64,000 nucleotides of DNA from Paludibacteraceae bacterium (GTDB lineage Bacteria; Bacteroidota; Bacteroidia; Bacteroidales; Paludibacteraceae), in assembly GCA_017448985.1 (NCBI GenBank), contig JAFSKL010000010.1, positions 20,250-84,249 on the forward strand, read 5' to 3'. The position numbers and the translations under genes are program-made. How positions within the stretch are numbered: the first letter of the stretch is position 1; the number at the start of each line of letters is the position of its first letter. Shown here piece by piece: positions 17,628 to 26,175 of this stretch. A model generated the notes under the pieces. It had not been told where the DNA came from, searched no databases, and saw nothing but the letters and a program-made list of their open reading frames with translations.

Positions 17628-18908
17628 CTCGCTGTCAATAAACATATCGAGTGTCGATTCTTTCACTCGGTCGAGGAACCCGGGCTTGCGCACCAGTTGG
17701 TTCTTATGATTATCGCGGTAGTCCTGTCCGAGCAGTATCGTTCCGACGAGCGCGGTGTACTGCGGGGAGAGGTATCGGTCCTCGGTGTCTCGGTGCAGGA
17801 GCAGGTTGTGTGCGCCGTACTGCACATGAACGGGCGTGAGGCTCTGGATATAATCCTCCATTCCTTGCAGCATGCTGCCTCCGCCGGTGATATAGAGCGT
17901 CGAGATGCGGCTCTCCACCTTACGCAGTTCGTCCATCAGCGGCGCGAGGATCTCTTTCATTTTGAGCTCTATCGCTTCCGCCAGCTCCATAGTGGAGATG
18001 ATCATGTCTCCGCCTATCTCGGGGCCGGCAGGTACCCGCAGCCGCAGATTCTTCTGCACCAAGTCGGGCGAAGCGCAGCCGAACTTCTTCTTCAGCACCT
18101 CTGCCGTGGCAAAGCTCATACCTTGCTGCTCGAGCATTCGCGTGATGTGATAGCCGCCTTTTGGCACCACTTTGTTGATGAGGTACTGGCCGCTCTTGTA
18201 GGCGGTGAGACTCGTGGTCTGTGCGCCGAAGTCGAGCACAGCACAGCCGTTCATCAGCACATGGTTTCCGTCGCAGGTAGCGAACGTGGACAGCAGGCAC
18301 TCGGGTCGCACGAACGCGTGCTCAATGCTACGCGCCGCTTGCGAGAATGATTTCTGCAGCATGGTATCGATCACTTTGCGGCCGTAGAAAGCGATGTAAT
18401 GAGCCTCGACCAGCGCCGCGCGTTGTTCAGGAGAAGGCATCTCGTCCTGCTCCACGCCGTCTAACTTGAAGTACGACGGCACCAGCCCCAAAACGGCTAC
18501 ATCGGGATTGCGCATCTCGATTTTCTGCTTGCACTCGAGTTCCATCTCGTCAAGGAGGGTCTGACTGATCTCTTTCTTTCGCGCCTGGTCCCGCCTGGAA
18601 TGGACCGCTACGATCTGCATCGACTGTCCGCCGACGGAGATAAACGCCGTAGGCAGTTCGTCCAAACCGATGCGGTTCGCTAACAGTTTGAGTACTTCGG
18701 CTATCACATAGCCGGCACTGCTGGACTGCGTGATGATACCTTGCTCCACGCATAAGTTGCCTAATTTCTGCGGCCGTTCCTCCACACCAAGAATGCGGAA
18801 CAAATCCGGCGCAATGCGTTGCGCGGCCATAGCCCGCACGCTGTCACTGCCCAGGTCCAATGCCACCAACGGGAGTGAGTCTGCTGTTTGTGTTTGTCTT
18901 CTTGCCAT
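17625..18908 (-). CDS. ftsA: Cell division protein FtsA
   Basis: Actin-like ATPase: VALDLGSDSVRAM and ITGGGSMLQG motifs. Position is between ftsQ and ftsZ. Confidence 0.9.
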   Translation of the reverse strand: MARRQTQTADSLPLVALDLGSDSVRAMAAQRIAPDLFRILGVEERPQKLGNLCVEQGIITQSSSAGYVIAEVLKLLANRIGLDELPTAFISVGGQSMQIVAVHSRRDQARKKEISQTLLDEMELECKQKIEMRNPDVAVLGLVPSYFKLDGVEQDEMPSPEQRAALVEAHYIAFYGRKVIDTMLQKSFSQAARSIEHAFVRPECLLSTFATCDGNHVLMNGCAVLDFGAQTTSLTAYKSGQYLINKVVPKGGYHITRMLEQQGMSFATAEVLKKKFGCASPDLVQKNLRLRVPAGPEIGGDMIISTMELAEAIELKMKEILAPLMDELRKVESRISTLYITGGGSMLQGMEDYIQSLTPVHVQYGAHNLLLHRDTEDRYLSPQYTALVGTILLGQDYRDNHKNQLVRKPGFLDRVKESTLDMFIDSE

Positions 18909-18927
18909 TGTTTTGTAGGGTTTAAGT

Positions 18928-19683
18928 TTAATATCTTCCTATTACCTGTCCTTTGAATCGGACATCGAGTTCATAATAATGCTTGTCCTTGGTAGCCTCT
19001 GCGCTGTTCTCGAGGAAGGTCCTCAGCTTGGCGAGTTTGGCTTCGTATCCGCGCATCGGGCCTACCAACACGCGTTCCTCTTTCACTTTACCGTTCTCGT
19101 CATTGAGATAGAGCAGCACGCGTTGCGGGGACTGCACATTGAGGTGATGAATACGTTTGCGCCAATAGGCGTTGTCCTGCAACCATTCGGCAAAATCCGC
19201 CATCTGCGTAGCCGCCATCTGCGGTCCTATGTTCCCCGTTACGACGAGCACGCTGTCCCTGACCAGCGCTCGCACCTGCATCACACGGCGGTCGGTGTCT
19301 ATCAGATAAGTCTCCGTCGGCGTCTTTACCCGCACCAGCGGCACACGCTGCGTCAGGCGTATCTTCATCTCGTTGCGCGGCGTGAGGTAGCACTCCGCTG
19401 TCCGCACCATCGGATGATGCTGAATCGTGTTCTCAATGCGCTGCAGCGAAACGGCGTTTATCGGACGCCCCACAGGGTATAAGTCCTCCGCGCGCAACAG
19501 CTGATTCAACTCATTTTCAGTCAGGTACATACGTTCGGCGCGGTCCTTGATGATATAGGTCAGCGACACGCACGAGTCGGTCTTGGGCTTCATCCTGTAG
19601 CCCCACAACACTGCCGCGATCAGCAACGACGCCATGATGCCGATACCAATGCTTTGCCATACTATTTTTGCGGTTCTACTCAT
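18928..19683 (-). CDS. ftsQ: Cell division protein FtsQ
   Basis: Single N-terminal TM helix followed by a POTRA-like region. Located between murC and ftsA. Confidence 0.8.
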   Translation of the reverse strand: MSRTAKIVWQSIGIGIMASLLIAAVLWGYRMKPKTDSCVSLTYIIKDRAERMYLTENELNQLLRAEDLYPVGRPINAVSLQRIENTIQHHPMVRTAECYLTPRNEMKIRLTQRVPLVRVKTPTETYLIDTDRRVMQVRALVRDSVLVVTGNIGPQMAATQMADFAEWLQDNAYWRKRIHHLNVQSPQRVLLYLNDENGKVKEERVLVGPMRGYEAKLAKLRTFLENSAEATKDKHYYELDVRFKGQVIGRY

Positions 19684-19691
19684 GCGAAGCG

Positions 19692-19719
19692 TTCAGTATT
19701 CAGTATTCAGCATTCAGAC
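19692..19719. repeat. Heptamer array x4 spanning the murC stop and the murC-ftsQ spacer
   Basis: TTCAGTA TTCAGTA TTCAGCA TTCAGAC. Encodes the MurC tail SLNAEY-stop. Confidence 0.9.
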
Positions 19720-21100
19720 TTTTAGTTATCTCGGGCACGAGGCGGTCGATGTCGCCGGCGCCTACAGTCAGTATGACCACGGGCTGCTGACTAAGCGCTA
19801 TGCGTCTCTTCAGCTCCGGCACCAGGTCCTGCTTCTCCACTAATTTCCCATTGTCCATTGTCCATTGTCCATTCGCAAGCAGTATCTCGCTGGTGACACC
19901 CGGTATCGGCTCTTCCCGCGCCGGATAGATAGGCAGCAAGAGGCACTCGTCCAGCGTTGCCAACACACGCGTGAATCCTTCTTTGAAGTCGCGTGTACGC
20001 GTGTAGAGGTGTGGTTGGAAGACTCCTATCAGTCGTCGTTCGGGGAACAGCTTGCGGATCGAATCGATGGCCGTGGCTATCTCTTGCGGGTGATGGGCAT
20101 AATCGTCTATGTACACGATCTTCGGCGTGTGCACATGGATGTTAAACCGGCGCTGGACACCCTTAAAAGTTGAGAGTTGAGAGTTGAAAGTGGAAAGATT
20201 CTTTCCCACCAGATAAGCCACCGCCATGGCTGCCACTGCATTCTCTATGTTCACCCATACGGGCACGCCGAGACGGATGTCTTTCACCGTCTCACGCGGT
20301 GTGACGAAGTCAAACACAATCGTTCCTTCACCCACCCGGATGTTCGTGGCATAGAAATCCGGGCCATTTTCCATTTTCCCTTGTCCATTGTCCATTCCGT
20401 AAGTATAGCACTTCACTCCCGGCTGCAGCCTGGGCACCAGCGCAATGCCGTGCTTCATCACCAGCGCACCGGTGATGAGACTCGTATAATGGGCAAACGC
20501 TTCGCGATAGGCTTCCGGCGTGCCGTAGATATCCAAATGGTCTGGATCGACGGCCGTGACCACGGAGATATACGGTGTCAGCTGATGGAACGAGCGGTCG
20601 TACTCGTCGGCCTCCACCACCACAAACGGACTCTCAGGCTCAATGAGCACATTCGTGCCGTAGTTCATGCTGATGCCGCCGAGGAACGCGTTGACGGGCT
20701 GCAACAGATGAGCAATCATCGTGCTCGTCGTTGTCTTGCCGTGTGTCCCCGCCACGCAGAGCGCCTGCTTCCGGCGAGTCACATCACCCAACACCTCGGC
20801 ACGCTTCTTGATCTGAAATCCGTGCTCGCGAAAATACCGATACAAAAGACTATCCTCCGGCACAGCCGGTGTACGGACCACAAGCGTATTGTCTGAATGA
20901 AAAATGGACAATGGACAATGGAAAATGGAGGGATCGTCCTCATAGGTGATCTCAATGCCCTCCGCCTCCAGCTCCCCGGTCAGTTCCGACGGCGTGCGGT
21001 CATAACCCGACACATGATAGCCCTGACGCTGAAAATACCGCGCCAAGGCACTCATTCCGATGCCACCGATGCCCAAGAAAAAGATATTTTTCGCCTTCAT
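19700..21100 (-). CDS. murC: UDP-N-acetylmuramate--L-alanine ligase
   Basis: MKAKNIFFLGIGGIGMSALA and GTHGKTTTSTM motifs. Start set at ATG 21100 because the -7 box (21116-21123) lies in the longer ORF. Carries four in-frame heptamer arrays. Confidence 0.92.
   Translation of the reverse strand: MKAKNIFFLGIGGIGMSALARYFQRQGYHVSGYDRTPSELTGELEAEGIEITYEDDPSIFHCPLSIFHSDNTLVVRTPAVPEDSLLYRYFREHGFQIKKRAEVLGDVTRRKQALCVAGTHGKTTTSTMIAHLLQPVNAFLGGISMNYGTNVLIEPESPFVVVEADEYDRSFHQLTPYISVVTAVDPDHLDIYGTPEAYREAFAHYTSLITGALVMKHGIALVPRLQPGVKCYTYGMDNGQGKMENGPDFYATNIRVGEGTIVFDFVTPRETVKDIRLGVPVWVNIENAVAAMAVAYLVGKNLSTFNSQLSTFKGVQRRFNIHVHTPKIVYIDDYAHHPQEIATAIDSIRKLFPERRLIGVFQPHLYTRTRDFKEGFTRVLATLDECLLLPIYPAREEPIPGVTSEILLANGQWTMDNGKLVEKQDLVPELKRRIALSQQPVVILTVGAGDIDRLVPEITKSLNAEY
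19844..19871. repeat. Heptamer array x4 inside murC
   Basis: TTTCCCA TTGTCCA TTGTCCA TTGTCCA. Encodes NGQWTMDNGK. Confidence 0.9.
20169..20196. repeat. Heptamer array x4 inside murC
   Basis: GTTGAGA GTTGAGA GTTGAAA GTGGAAA. Encodes LSTFNSQLST. Confidence 0.9.
20366..20397. repeat. Heptamer array x4-5 inside murC
   Basis: ATTTTCC ATTTTCC CTTGTCC ATTGTCC ATTCC. Encodes MDNGQGKMENG. Confidence 0.9.
20899..20926. repeat. Heptamer array x4 inside murC, opposite orientation
   Basis: GAAAAAT GGACAAT GGACAAT GGAAAAT. Encodes FHCPLSIFH on the minus strand. Confidence 0.9.
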
Positions 21101-21115
21101 TTCACAAAAATCGCG

Positions 21116-21146
21116 CAAAGTTACAAAAAAAATTGCATATATCAAA
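21116..21146 (-). promoter_or_regulatory. murC-ftsQAZ promoter (half of a divergent cassette)
   Basis: Minus strand TAACTTTG with TTTG about 20 nt upstream. Confidence 0.6.
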
Positions 21147-21163
21147 ATATTTTTGTAATTTTG
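21132..21163 (+). promoter_or_regulatory. Promoter of the PagL-like gene (half of a divergent cassette)
   Basis: ATTG, 20 nt spacer, TAATTTTG. Confidence 0.55.
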
Positions 21164-21172
21164 TGCCCTGAA

Positions 21173-22486
21173 ATGAAAAAAATCGTTTTGTTGATAGGAT
21201 TATTGGCCTGTTTGCAGGTATTTGCCGAACCTCGGCGCCATTACGAGCTGACTTATCGTGTAAGCGCATACGGCGGCGCGATGCTGCCAGATGGCAAGGT
21301 GGATCAGTGGATCGAGCGTCCCGTGTTGGGCGGTTCGTTTTCGGTGGAGTTCCTGCCTACGGGTCGTTGGAAATGCCTGCAGCAATGGAACAACGCGTCG
21401 ATAGGTGTCGGCGTGAGCTATCTCAACTTGGGTAATGACAATTTCTTGGGCTCGGCTTTTGCGGCCTACGGCTATATGAATCAGCCTTTCTACAACGGCA
21501 CCCATTTCCGCATCGGCGTGCGTCCGGCTGTAGGTATAGCCGCGGTGACAAAGACCTATGCCAACACGCTGCCTGCTGAATACAAGTCCTACTCCATTGC
21601 GCAGAAAGATGGCAAGCTGGTCGCCAACTGGTCGATGGGCTCCATCCTCAATGCCTATCTGGCGATGGAAATGTACATGGACTTCCCCATCAAAAGCGGT
21701 TGGGAGATCACGCTCAACGGAGGCTGGCGGCATATCAGTAACGGCTCTTTCATGCACCCGAACGCGGGTTACAACATTTTCGGTGCGGAGTTGGGCGTCC
21801 GCTATCATCCGACCGATGCGGAGCCTCTTCGTCCCTCAGCCCCTCGGACGCGTGTGCCACGCAAGCTGTATGACGATGTGATCAAGAAATGGGCGATCGA
21901 GCTCAGCGCTACAGGCGGCGCCAAGCAGAACTACTACAAGGATAACATCAACGGCCATCTCTTCTTCGGTGCCGCTTCGGTCAAGTTGGCTGCCTATTGG
22001 GTGCCGATCTCCATCTTCCGCGTCGGTGCCGGTTTGGACGCTTTCTACGACGGCTATTATGCGGCGGTGAACGACGAGTACAAGGACGAGAACCCCGAAG
22101 GCACGCCCATCACCTATTTCGGCAAGACCTATCTGCGGACGAGCGAGGTGAAGAACTGCTTCCGCGTAGGTTTCAGTCTGCAGCCGGAGTTCATCATCGG
22201 CAAACTGACCGCAGGTATTCATGTGGGCGTTTATCTGTTTGACCCCGTCAAGAACCTCGAGCCGTACAACGAAGCCAAAGCGGCTTACGAAGAAGGCAAG
22301 TCGCTGGACAGAGGTGTTTTCTATAGTTACGATTTTACGAAAGCGAGCAATTATCAGGACGGCTGGTGCTATATGCAGTTCGTGCTCAAGTACCGTGTGC
22401 TGCAGCACCTGTTCGTACAGTTGGGTCTGAAGACCCACGGCGTCCGTGCCGAGTTCATCGATGCCGGCTTCGGTGTGGCTTTCTAA
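21173..22486 (+). CDS. Outer-membrane acyloxyacyl hydrolase (PagL-like lipid A deacylase family) with extended C-terminal beta region
   Basis: MKKIVLLIGLLACLQVFA signal peptide. GGWRHISNGSFMHPNAGYNIFGAELGVRYH matches the PagL-type H/S/N motif as I recall it. Ends in the beta-barrel-like GFGVAF. Confidence 0.6.
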   Translation: MKKIVLLIGLLACLQVFAEPRRHYELTYRVSAYGGAMLPDGKVDQWIERPVLGGSFSVEFLPTGRWKCLQQWNNASIGVGVSYLNLGNDNFLGSAFAAYGYMNQPFYNGTHFRIGVRPAVGIAAVTKTYANTLPAEYKSYSIAQKDGKLVANWSMGSILNAYLAMEMYMDFPIKSGWEITLNGGWRHISNGSFMHPNAGYNIFGAELGVRYHPTDAEPLRPSAPRTRVPRKLYDDVIKKWAIELSATGGAKQNYYKDNINGHLFFGAASVKLAAYWVPISIFRVGAGLDAFYDGYYAAVNDEYKDENPEGTPITYFGKTYLRTSEVKNCFRVGFSLQPEFIIGKLTAGIHVGVYLFDPVKNLEPYNEAKAAYEEGKSLDRGVFYSYDFTKASNYQDGWCYMQFVLKYRVLQHLFVQLGLKTHGVRAEFIDAGFGVAF

Positions 22487-22490
22487 CCCT

Positions 22491-23717
22491 TCACCCTTTA
22501 TTCTCCAGCATCCTATCCTCTATCAGGTATATCTGCTCGAGCGGTATTCCGTGATCGACCAATGCCCTTCTGTCCGGCCGGAAGAGGTTGAAGAAGTCTT
22601 TTGGGGTATTGCATAGCTGCCGCGCCTGACGGTAGTACTCGAATGCCATCATCCGGTCGCCGGTGAGCAGCAGGCAATGCGCATAATTGATGTAATCATG
22701 TACGTTCGCGTTGTCGCCTCGCAGCCGGTCCACGAGCCACCTGATCGCCTCGTCGATGTTCTCCCACATCAGGTCCATGCGTCCCAGCGCGAGGTACAGT
22801 CTGGCCAACGACTGTTCGCGTTCTTCATTCTCCGCCACCAACACATCGTACAGCCATGTGTCAGGCAGCAGTTCCACCAAGCCTTGCATGTACTCGAGTT
22901 CCGACTTCGGCAGTATTGTCGTCAAATTGTGCAGATCGTTGAGGCCGGAGTGCTGCAAGAGGTGTTTCAGTTCGTTCGGCAGCGAATGGGACATATCGTC
23001 TTCCGAATCGGCGATGGTCTGGGGCCGCACCATCTGTATCATGGCGCACAGCACCTCGAATGCATGTTCGCCTTCGTCCCCCATCTCGTTCAGCGCATCG
23101 AGGAAAGCGCGTTGCAGCTGCTCGAAGAAGTCGATGCGGATATCGTATTGGATCAGCAGTTGGAAGACGCCTGCCAGACACTGGTCGCCCACTAACGCAT
23201 TCTCGGCGTCGATACATTCGATCATCGCCAACAAAGCATCGAGGTTGAAGCACTCGCGCATGTTCCTCGATAGTGCACCTACCGCCATGATGGCTGTTCC
23301 GGCTTTGCTGCTGTCATGAGCCGCGTGGATCATCCATTCGTAGTCCTCCGGACGCAAACGCACATTGCTCGCGAAATAGTTCATCACCGATTGCGGCAGA
23401 TCTGGATTGAAACCATGCATCTCCGGCGACAAGCCCCGATAGACACGTATCGACGCATACACGGCATCTACCAGCTGGTACATATCGCCCGTCAGGCGGT
23501 TTAGCCGCATGTCCGTATCCTCGTTGCCAATGCTCAGCCATTCGTTGAACAGCTCGTTGTAGTCCTTGCGGATACGCTGCGCCGCCTCTTCGTAAGGATT
23601 GTTCTCGCCCAATTCGTTCAGCCACGAACGTACCACGACCAAAGCGTGCTCGATCATCCGTTCACCCAGAGCACGCTCTATCGTCATTATTTGTTCGTCC
23701 AATCGCTGGCTCATCAA
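22491..23717 (-). CDS. Hypothetical protein with C-terminal TPR-like helices
   Basis: 408 aa, all-helical. Its start overlaps the stop of the GT2 gene by 4 nt. Confidence 0.6.
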   Translation of the reverse strand: MMSQRLDEQIMTIERALGERMIEHALVVVRSWLNELGENNPYEEAAQRIRKDYNELFNEWLSIGNEDTDMRLNRLTGDMYQLVDAVYASIRVYRGLSPEMHGFNPDLPQSVMNYFASNVRLRPEDYEWMIHAAHDSSKAGTAIMAVGALSRNMRECFNLDALLAMIECIDAENALVGDQCLAGVFQLLIQYDIRIDFFEQLQRAFLDALNEMGDEGEHAFEVLCAMIQMVRPQTIADSEDDMSHSLPNELKHLLQHSGLNDLHNLTTILPKSELEYMQGLVELLPDTWLYDVLVAENEEREQSLARLYLALGRMDLMWENIDEAIRWLVDRLRGDNANVHDYINYAHCLLLTGDRMMAFEYYRQARQLCNTPKDFFNLFRPDRRALVDHGIPLEQIYLIEDRMLENKG

Positions 23718-24664
23718 ATCTGCTCTTTAATCAAGTAGTCGTTGCGGGAAGGCGAGTTGCGGATCACTATCTCTGCCAGGAATCCGGCGAGGAACAGCAT
23801 GCAGCCGAGTATCATCATCAAGATGGCGATATGGAAATACGGATTCACGCCCACGAGCATGGCCGGCACATGATTCGACAGCGCATAGAGCTTCATGCTC
23901 CCGACCACTATCACCGCCACCAATCCGATGAAGAACATCAGGCTGCCGACGAGCCCGAAGAAGTGCATCGGCTGTTTACCAAACTTGTTCAGAAACCACA
24001 GCGTCAGCAGGTCGAGATAGCCGTTCACGAAACGGTTGAGACCGAACTTCGAGCTACCGAATTCGCGCTTGCGGTGCTGCACCACTTTCTCCCCAATTTT
24101 GGTGAAACCGGCATTCTTGGCCAGGTACGGTATATACCGGTGCATCTCGCTGAACACCTCTATGTTCTTCACCACCTCATTGCGGTATGCTTTGAGACCG
24201 CAGTTCATGTCGTGCAGCCGGATGCCTGTCACGCGGCGGGCTGTAGCGTTGAACAGCTTCGACGGCAGGTTCTTGGTCAGCGCATTGTCATAGCGTTTCT
24301 GCTTCCAACCGCTGACCAGGTCGAAGCCTTCCTCCGTGATCATGCGGTACAGCTCGGGTATCTCGTCCGGACTGTCCTGCAGGTCGGCATCCATCGTGAT
24401 CACCACATCGCCTTGCGCCGCCTGAAAACCGCAGTGCAAGGCCGCACTCTTGCCGTAGTTCCGCCTAAAGCAGATTCCGTGTACAAGACCGCCTTCGGCT
24501 GTTAGACTTTTGATCACCTCCCACGAATTGTCGTTCGAGCCGTCATTGACAAAAATGACCTCATAGGAGAACTTGTTCTCCTTCATCACGCGCGCTATCC
24601 ACTCGTAGAGCTTCGGCAGCGACTCCGCCTCGTTATACAGCGGCACTATAACTGAAATATCCAT
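23714..24664 (-). CDS. Family 2 glycosyltransferase (polyprenyl-phosphate sugar transferase, ArnC/DPM1-like)
   Basis: ISVIVPLYNE, VNDGSNDNS and MDADLQD motifs, plus two C-terminal TM helices. Confidence 0.85.
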   Translation of the reverse strand: MDISVIVPLYNEAESLPKLYEWIARVMKENKFSYEVIFVNDGSNDNSWEVIKSLTAEGGLVHGICFRRNYGKSAALHCGFQAAQGDVVITMDADLQDSPDEIPELYRMITEEGFDLVSGWKQKRYDNALTKNLPSKLFNATARRVTGIRLHDMNCGLKAYRNEVVKNIEVFSEMHRYIPYLAKNAGFTKIGEKVVQHRKREFGSSKFGLNRFVNGYLDLLTLWFLNKFGKQPMHFFGLVGSLMFFIGLVAVIVVGSMKLYALSNHVPAMLVGVNPYFHIAILMMILGCMLFLAGFLAEIVIRNSPSRNDYLIKEQI

Positions 24665-24734
24665 CCGTAAAAAGAATAAGTAACTTTTTCACTGTATCTT
24701 GCTGTTTAAATGATTATTCACACAAATTTGGGCG

Positions 24735-24766
24735 CAAAGGTACAAAAATTTTCTCATATACGCAAG
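24735..24766 (-). promoter_or_regulatory. Promoter of the GT2/TPR operon
   Basis: Minus strand: CTTG, 20 nt spacer, TACCTTTG. About 50 nt are similar to the gmd promoter. Confidence 0.6.
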
Positions 24767-24800
24767 TGTGCGCGCATTTTTTTGAGAAAATGTGTCAAAA

Positions 24801-24832
24801 ATTTGCATATATGCAAAATTTGTTGTAACTTT
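24801..24832 (+). promoter_or_regulatory. waaA promoter
   Basis: TTTGCATATATGCAAA, then TAACTTTG after a 20-nt spacer. Confidence 0.65.
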
Positions 24833-24866
24833 GCACGCTTTTTGTTGGAAACAAAAAATCGGGAGC

Positions 24867-26156
24867 ATGTTTTTGTATTTTCTATTGATACGAATCGCGG
24901 CGCTGTTCGGGCACAAGAAAGCCCGTGCGTTGGTGGAAGGCCAGAAGTCAGCATTCAGCTTTGAGCCGTCAGTATTCAGCGGCTGCATATGGATTCATGC
25001 GGCTTCGGCAGGCGAGTTCGAGCAGTCGAGGACGCTGATTGAGAGGATAAAGGACGCTTCGCTACAGGACGGCGCAAGCGCCTACAAAGAAAAGGTTGTT
25101 GTCACATTCTTTAGTCCGTCGGGATACAAGGCACATAAGGGGAACGAATTGTTGGACGGCGTGCTGTACCTGCCCTTTGCCACGCGGCGCAATGCGCGCA
25201 AGTTCATCGAGGCCCTGCAACCGAAAATGGCCATCTTCGTCAAATACGAGTTCTGGCCCGCCTATATACGCGAACTGAAGAAACGCGATATCCCCATTTA
25301 CAGCATCTCGGCTATCTTCCGTCCGAAGCAGTATTTCTTCCGGTGGTGGGGCAAAGGTCAACTGCGCATACTGCGTGCTTTCACGCATATCTTCGTGCAG
25401 GACGAGGCCTCGCGACGGCTGTTGGCGGAGCACGGCGTGCATAACGCAAGCGTGGCAGGAGACACGCGATTTGACAGAGTCAAACAGACCGCTTGCGCTG
25501 TAAGACCGGCTTCGCCTGTAGGATTGCAGCCCATAGCAGAGTTTGCGGAAGGGTGCAAGAGGGTGTTGGTGGCAGGAAGCACATGGCCGGAGGATGAGGC
25601 GCTATTAGCGCAATTAAAAATTAAAAATGAAGAATTAAAAATTATTCTTGTGCCGCACGAGATAAACGAGGCACATCTGCATTTCATTTTCAATCTGTTC
25701 AAGGGACGGATGGTGAAGTACAGTTCAATTGAAAATGGACAAAGGAAAATGGAAAATGGGATTGTTAGCCGGCGGAACATACTGCGGCACGCGGAGGTGA
25801 TGGTGGTGGATACGATCGGTCTGTTGAGTTCGATCTATCAGTTCGGGCAGGTGGCTTATGTAGGCGGCGGCTTCGGCGAAGGGATTCACAACACCATCGA
25901 AGCGGCGGTGTATGGTGTGCCGGTGATTTTCGGGCCTAACTACCAACGATTTCGCGAGGCACAAGGACTGATTGATGCCGGTGCAGGCAAGAGCGTGCGC
26001 AAATACAATGAGTTTGAAGAGGCGGTGGAGACAGCTTTTGCGCAGCATGAAGACTTAGGCGCCAAAGCGGCGGAGTATGTGGAGAGCGAGTTGGGAGCGA
26101 CTGCAAAAATCTGCGAGCAGATTTTTGCAAATGGAAAATGGAAAATGGAAAATTGA
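24867..26156 (+). CDS. waaA: 3-deoxy-D-manno-octulosonic acid (Kdo) transferase
   Basis: IWIHAASAGEFEQSRTLIERI and a C-terminal GGGFGEGIHNTIEAAVYGVPVIFGP motif. Start set downstream of promoter 24801-24832. Three heptamer arrays, the last of which provides the C-terminus and stop. Confidence 0.85.
   Translation: MFLYFLLIRIAALFGHKKARALVEGQKSAFSFEPSVFSGCIWIHAASAGEFEQSRTLIERIKDASLQDGASAYKEKVVVTFFSPSGYKAHKGNELLDGVLYLPFATRRNARKFIEALQPKMAIFVKYEFWPAYIRELKKRDIPIYSISAIFRPKQYFFRWWGKGQLRILRAFTHIFVQDEASRRLLAEHGVHNASVAGDTRFDRVKQTACAVRPASPVGLQPIAEFAEGCKRVLVAGSTWPEDEALLAQLKIKNEELKIILVPHEINEAHLHFIFNLFKGRMVKYSSIENGQRKMENGIVSRRNILRHAEVMVVDTIGLLSSIYQFGQVAYVGGGFGEGIHNTIEAAVYGVPVIFGPNYQRFREAQGLIDAGAGKSVRKYNEFEEAVETAFAQHEDLGAKAAEYVESELGATAKICEQIFANGKWKMEN
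25612..25646. repeat. Heptamer array x5 inside waaA
   Basis: AATTAAA AATTAAA AATGAAG AATTAAA AATTATT. Encodes LKIKNEELKII. Confidence 0.9.
25723..25760. repeat. Heptamer array x4-5 inside waaA
   Basis: TGAAAAT GGACAAA GGAAAAT GGAAAAT GGG. Encodes IENGQRKMENG. Confidence 0.85.
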
Positions 26157-26175
26157 AAATTGAAAATTTAGAATT
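26126..26175. repeat. Heptamer array x7 forming the waaA C-terminus, its stop and the whole waaA-hisS spacer
   Basis: GGAAAAT x3, TGAAAAT x2, TTAGAAT. The stop TGA arises at the first TGAAAAT unit. The hisS ATG follows 1 nt after the array. Confidence 0.95.

Noticed and set aside
16772-18350. 267-aa and 286-aa + strand ORFs overlapping ftsZ and ftsA
   Set aside because: Both are antisense shadow ORFs of highly conserved genes, with a low-complexity R/H/L-rich translation.
20897-21172. N-terminal extensions of track ORFs. This one covers the PagL-like gene. Others are 57043-57141, 24792-24866, 35959-36003, 62873-62998, 45058-45288, 21101-21145, 6435-6470, 8218-8343 and 37325-37405.
   Set aside because: The extensions read through consensus promoters, heptamer arrays or the preceding gene. 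Internal ATGs give N-termini (signal peptides or conserved starts) that match the families.
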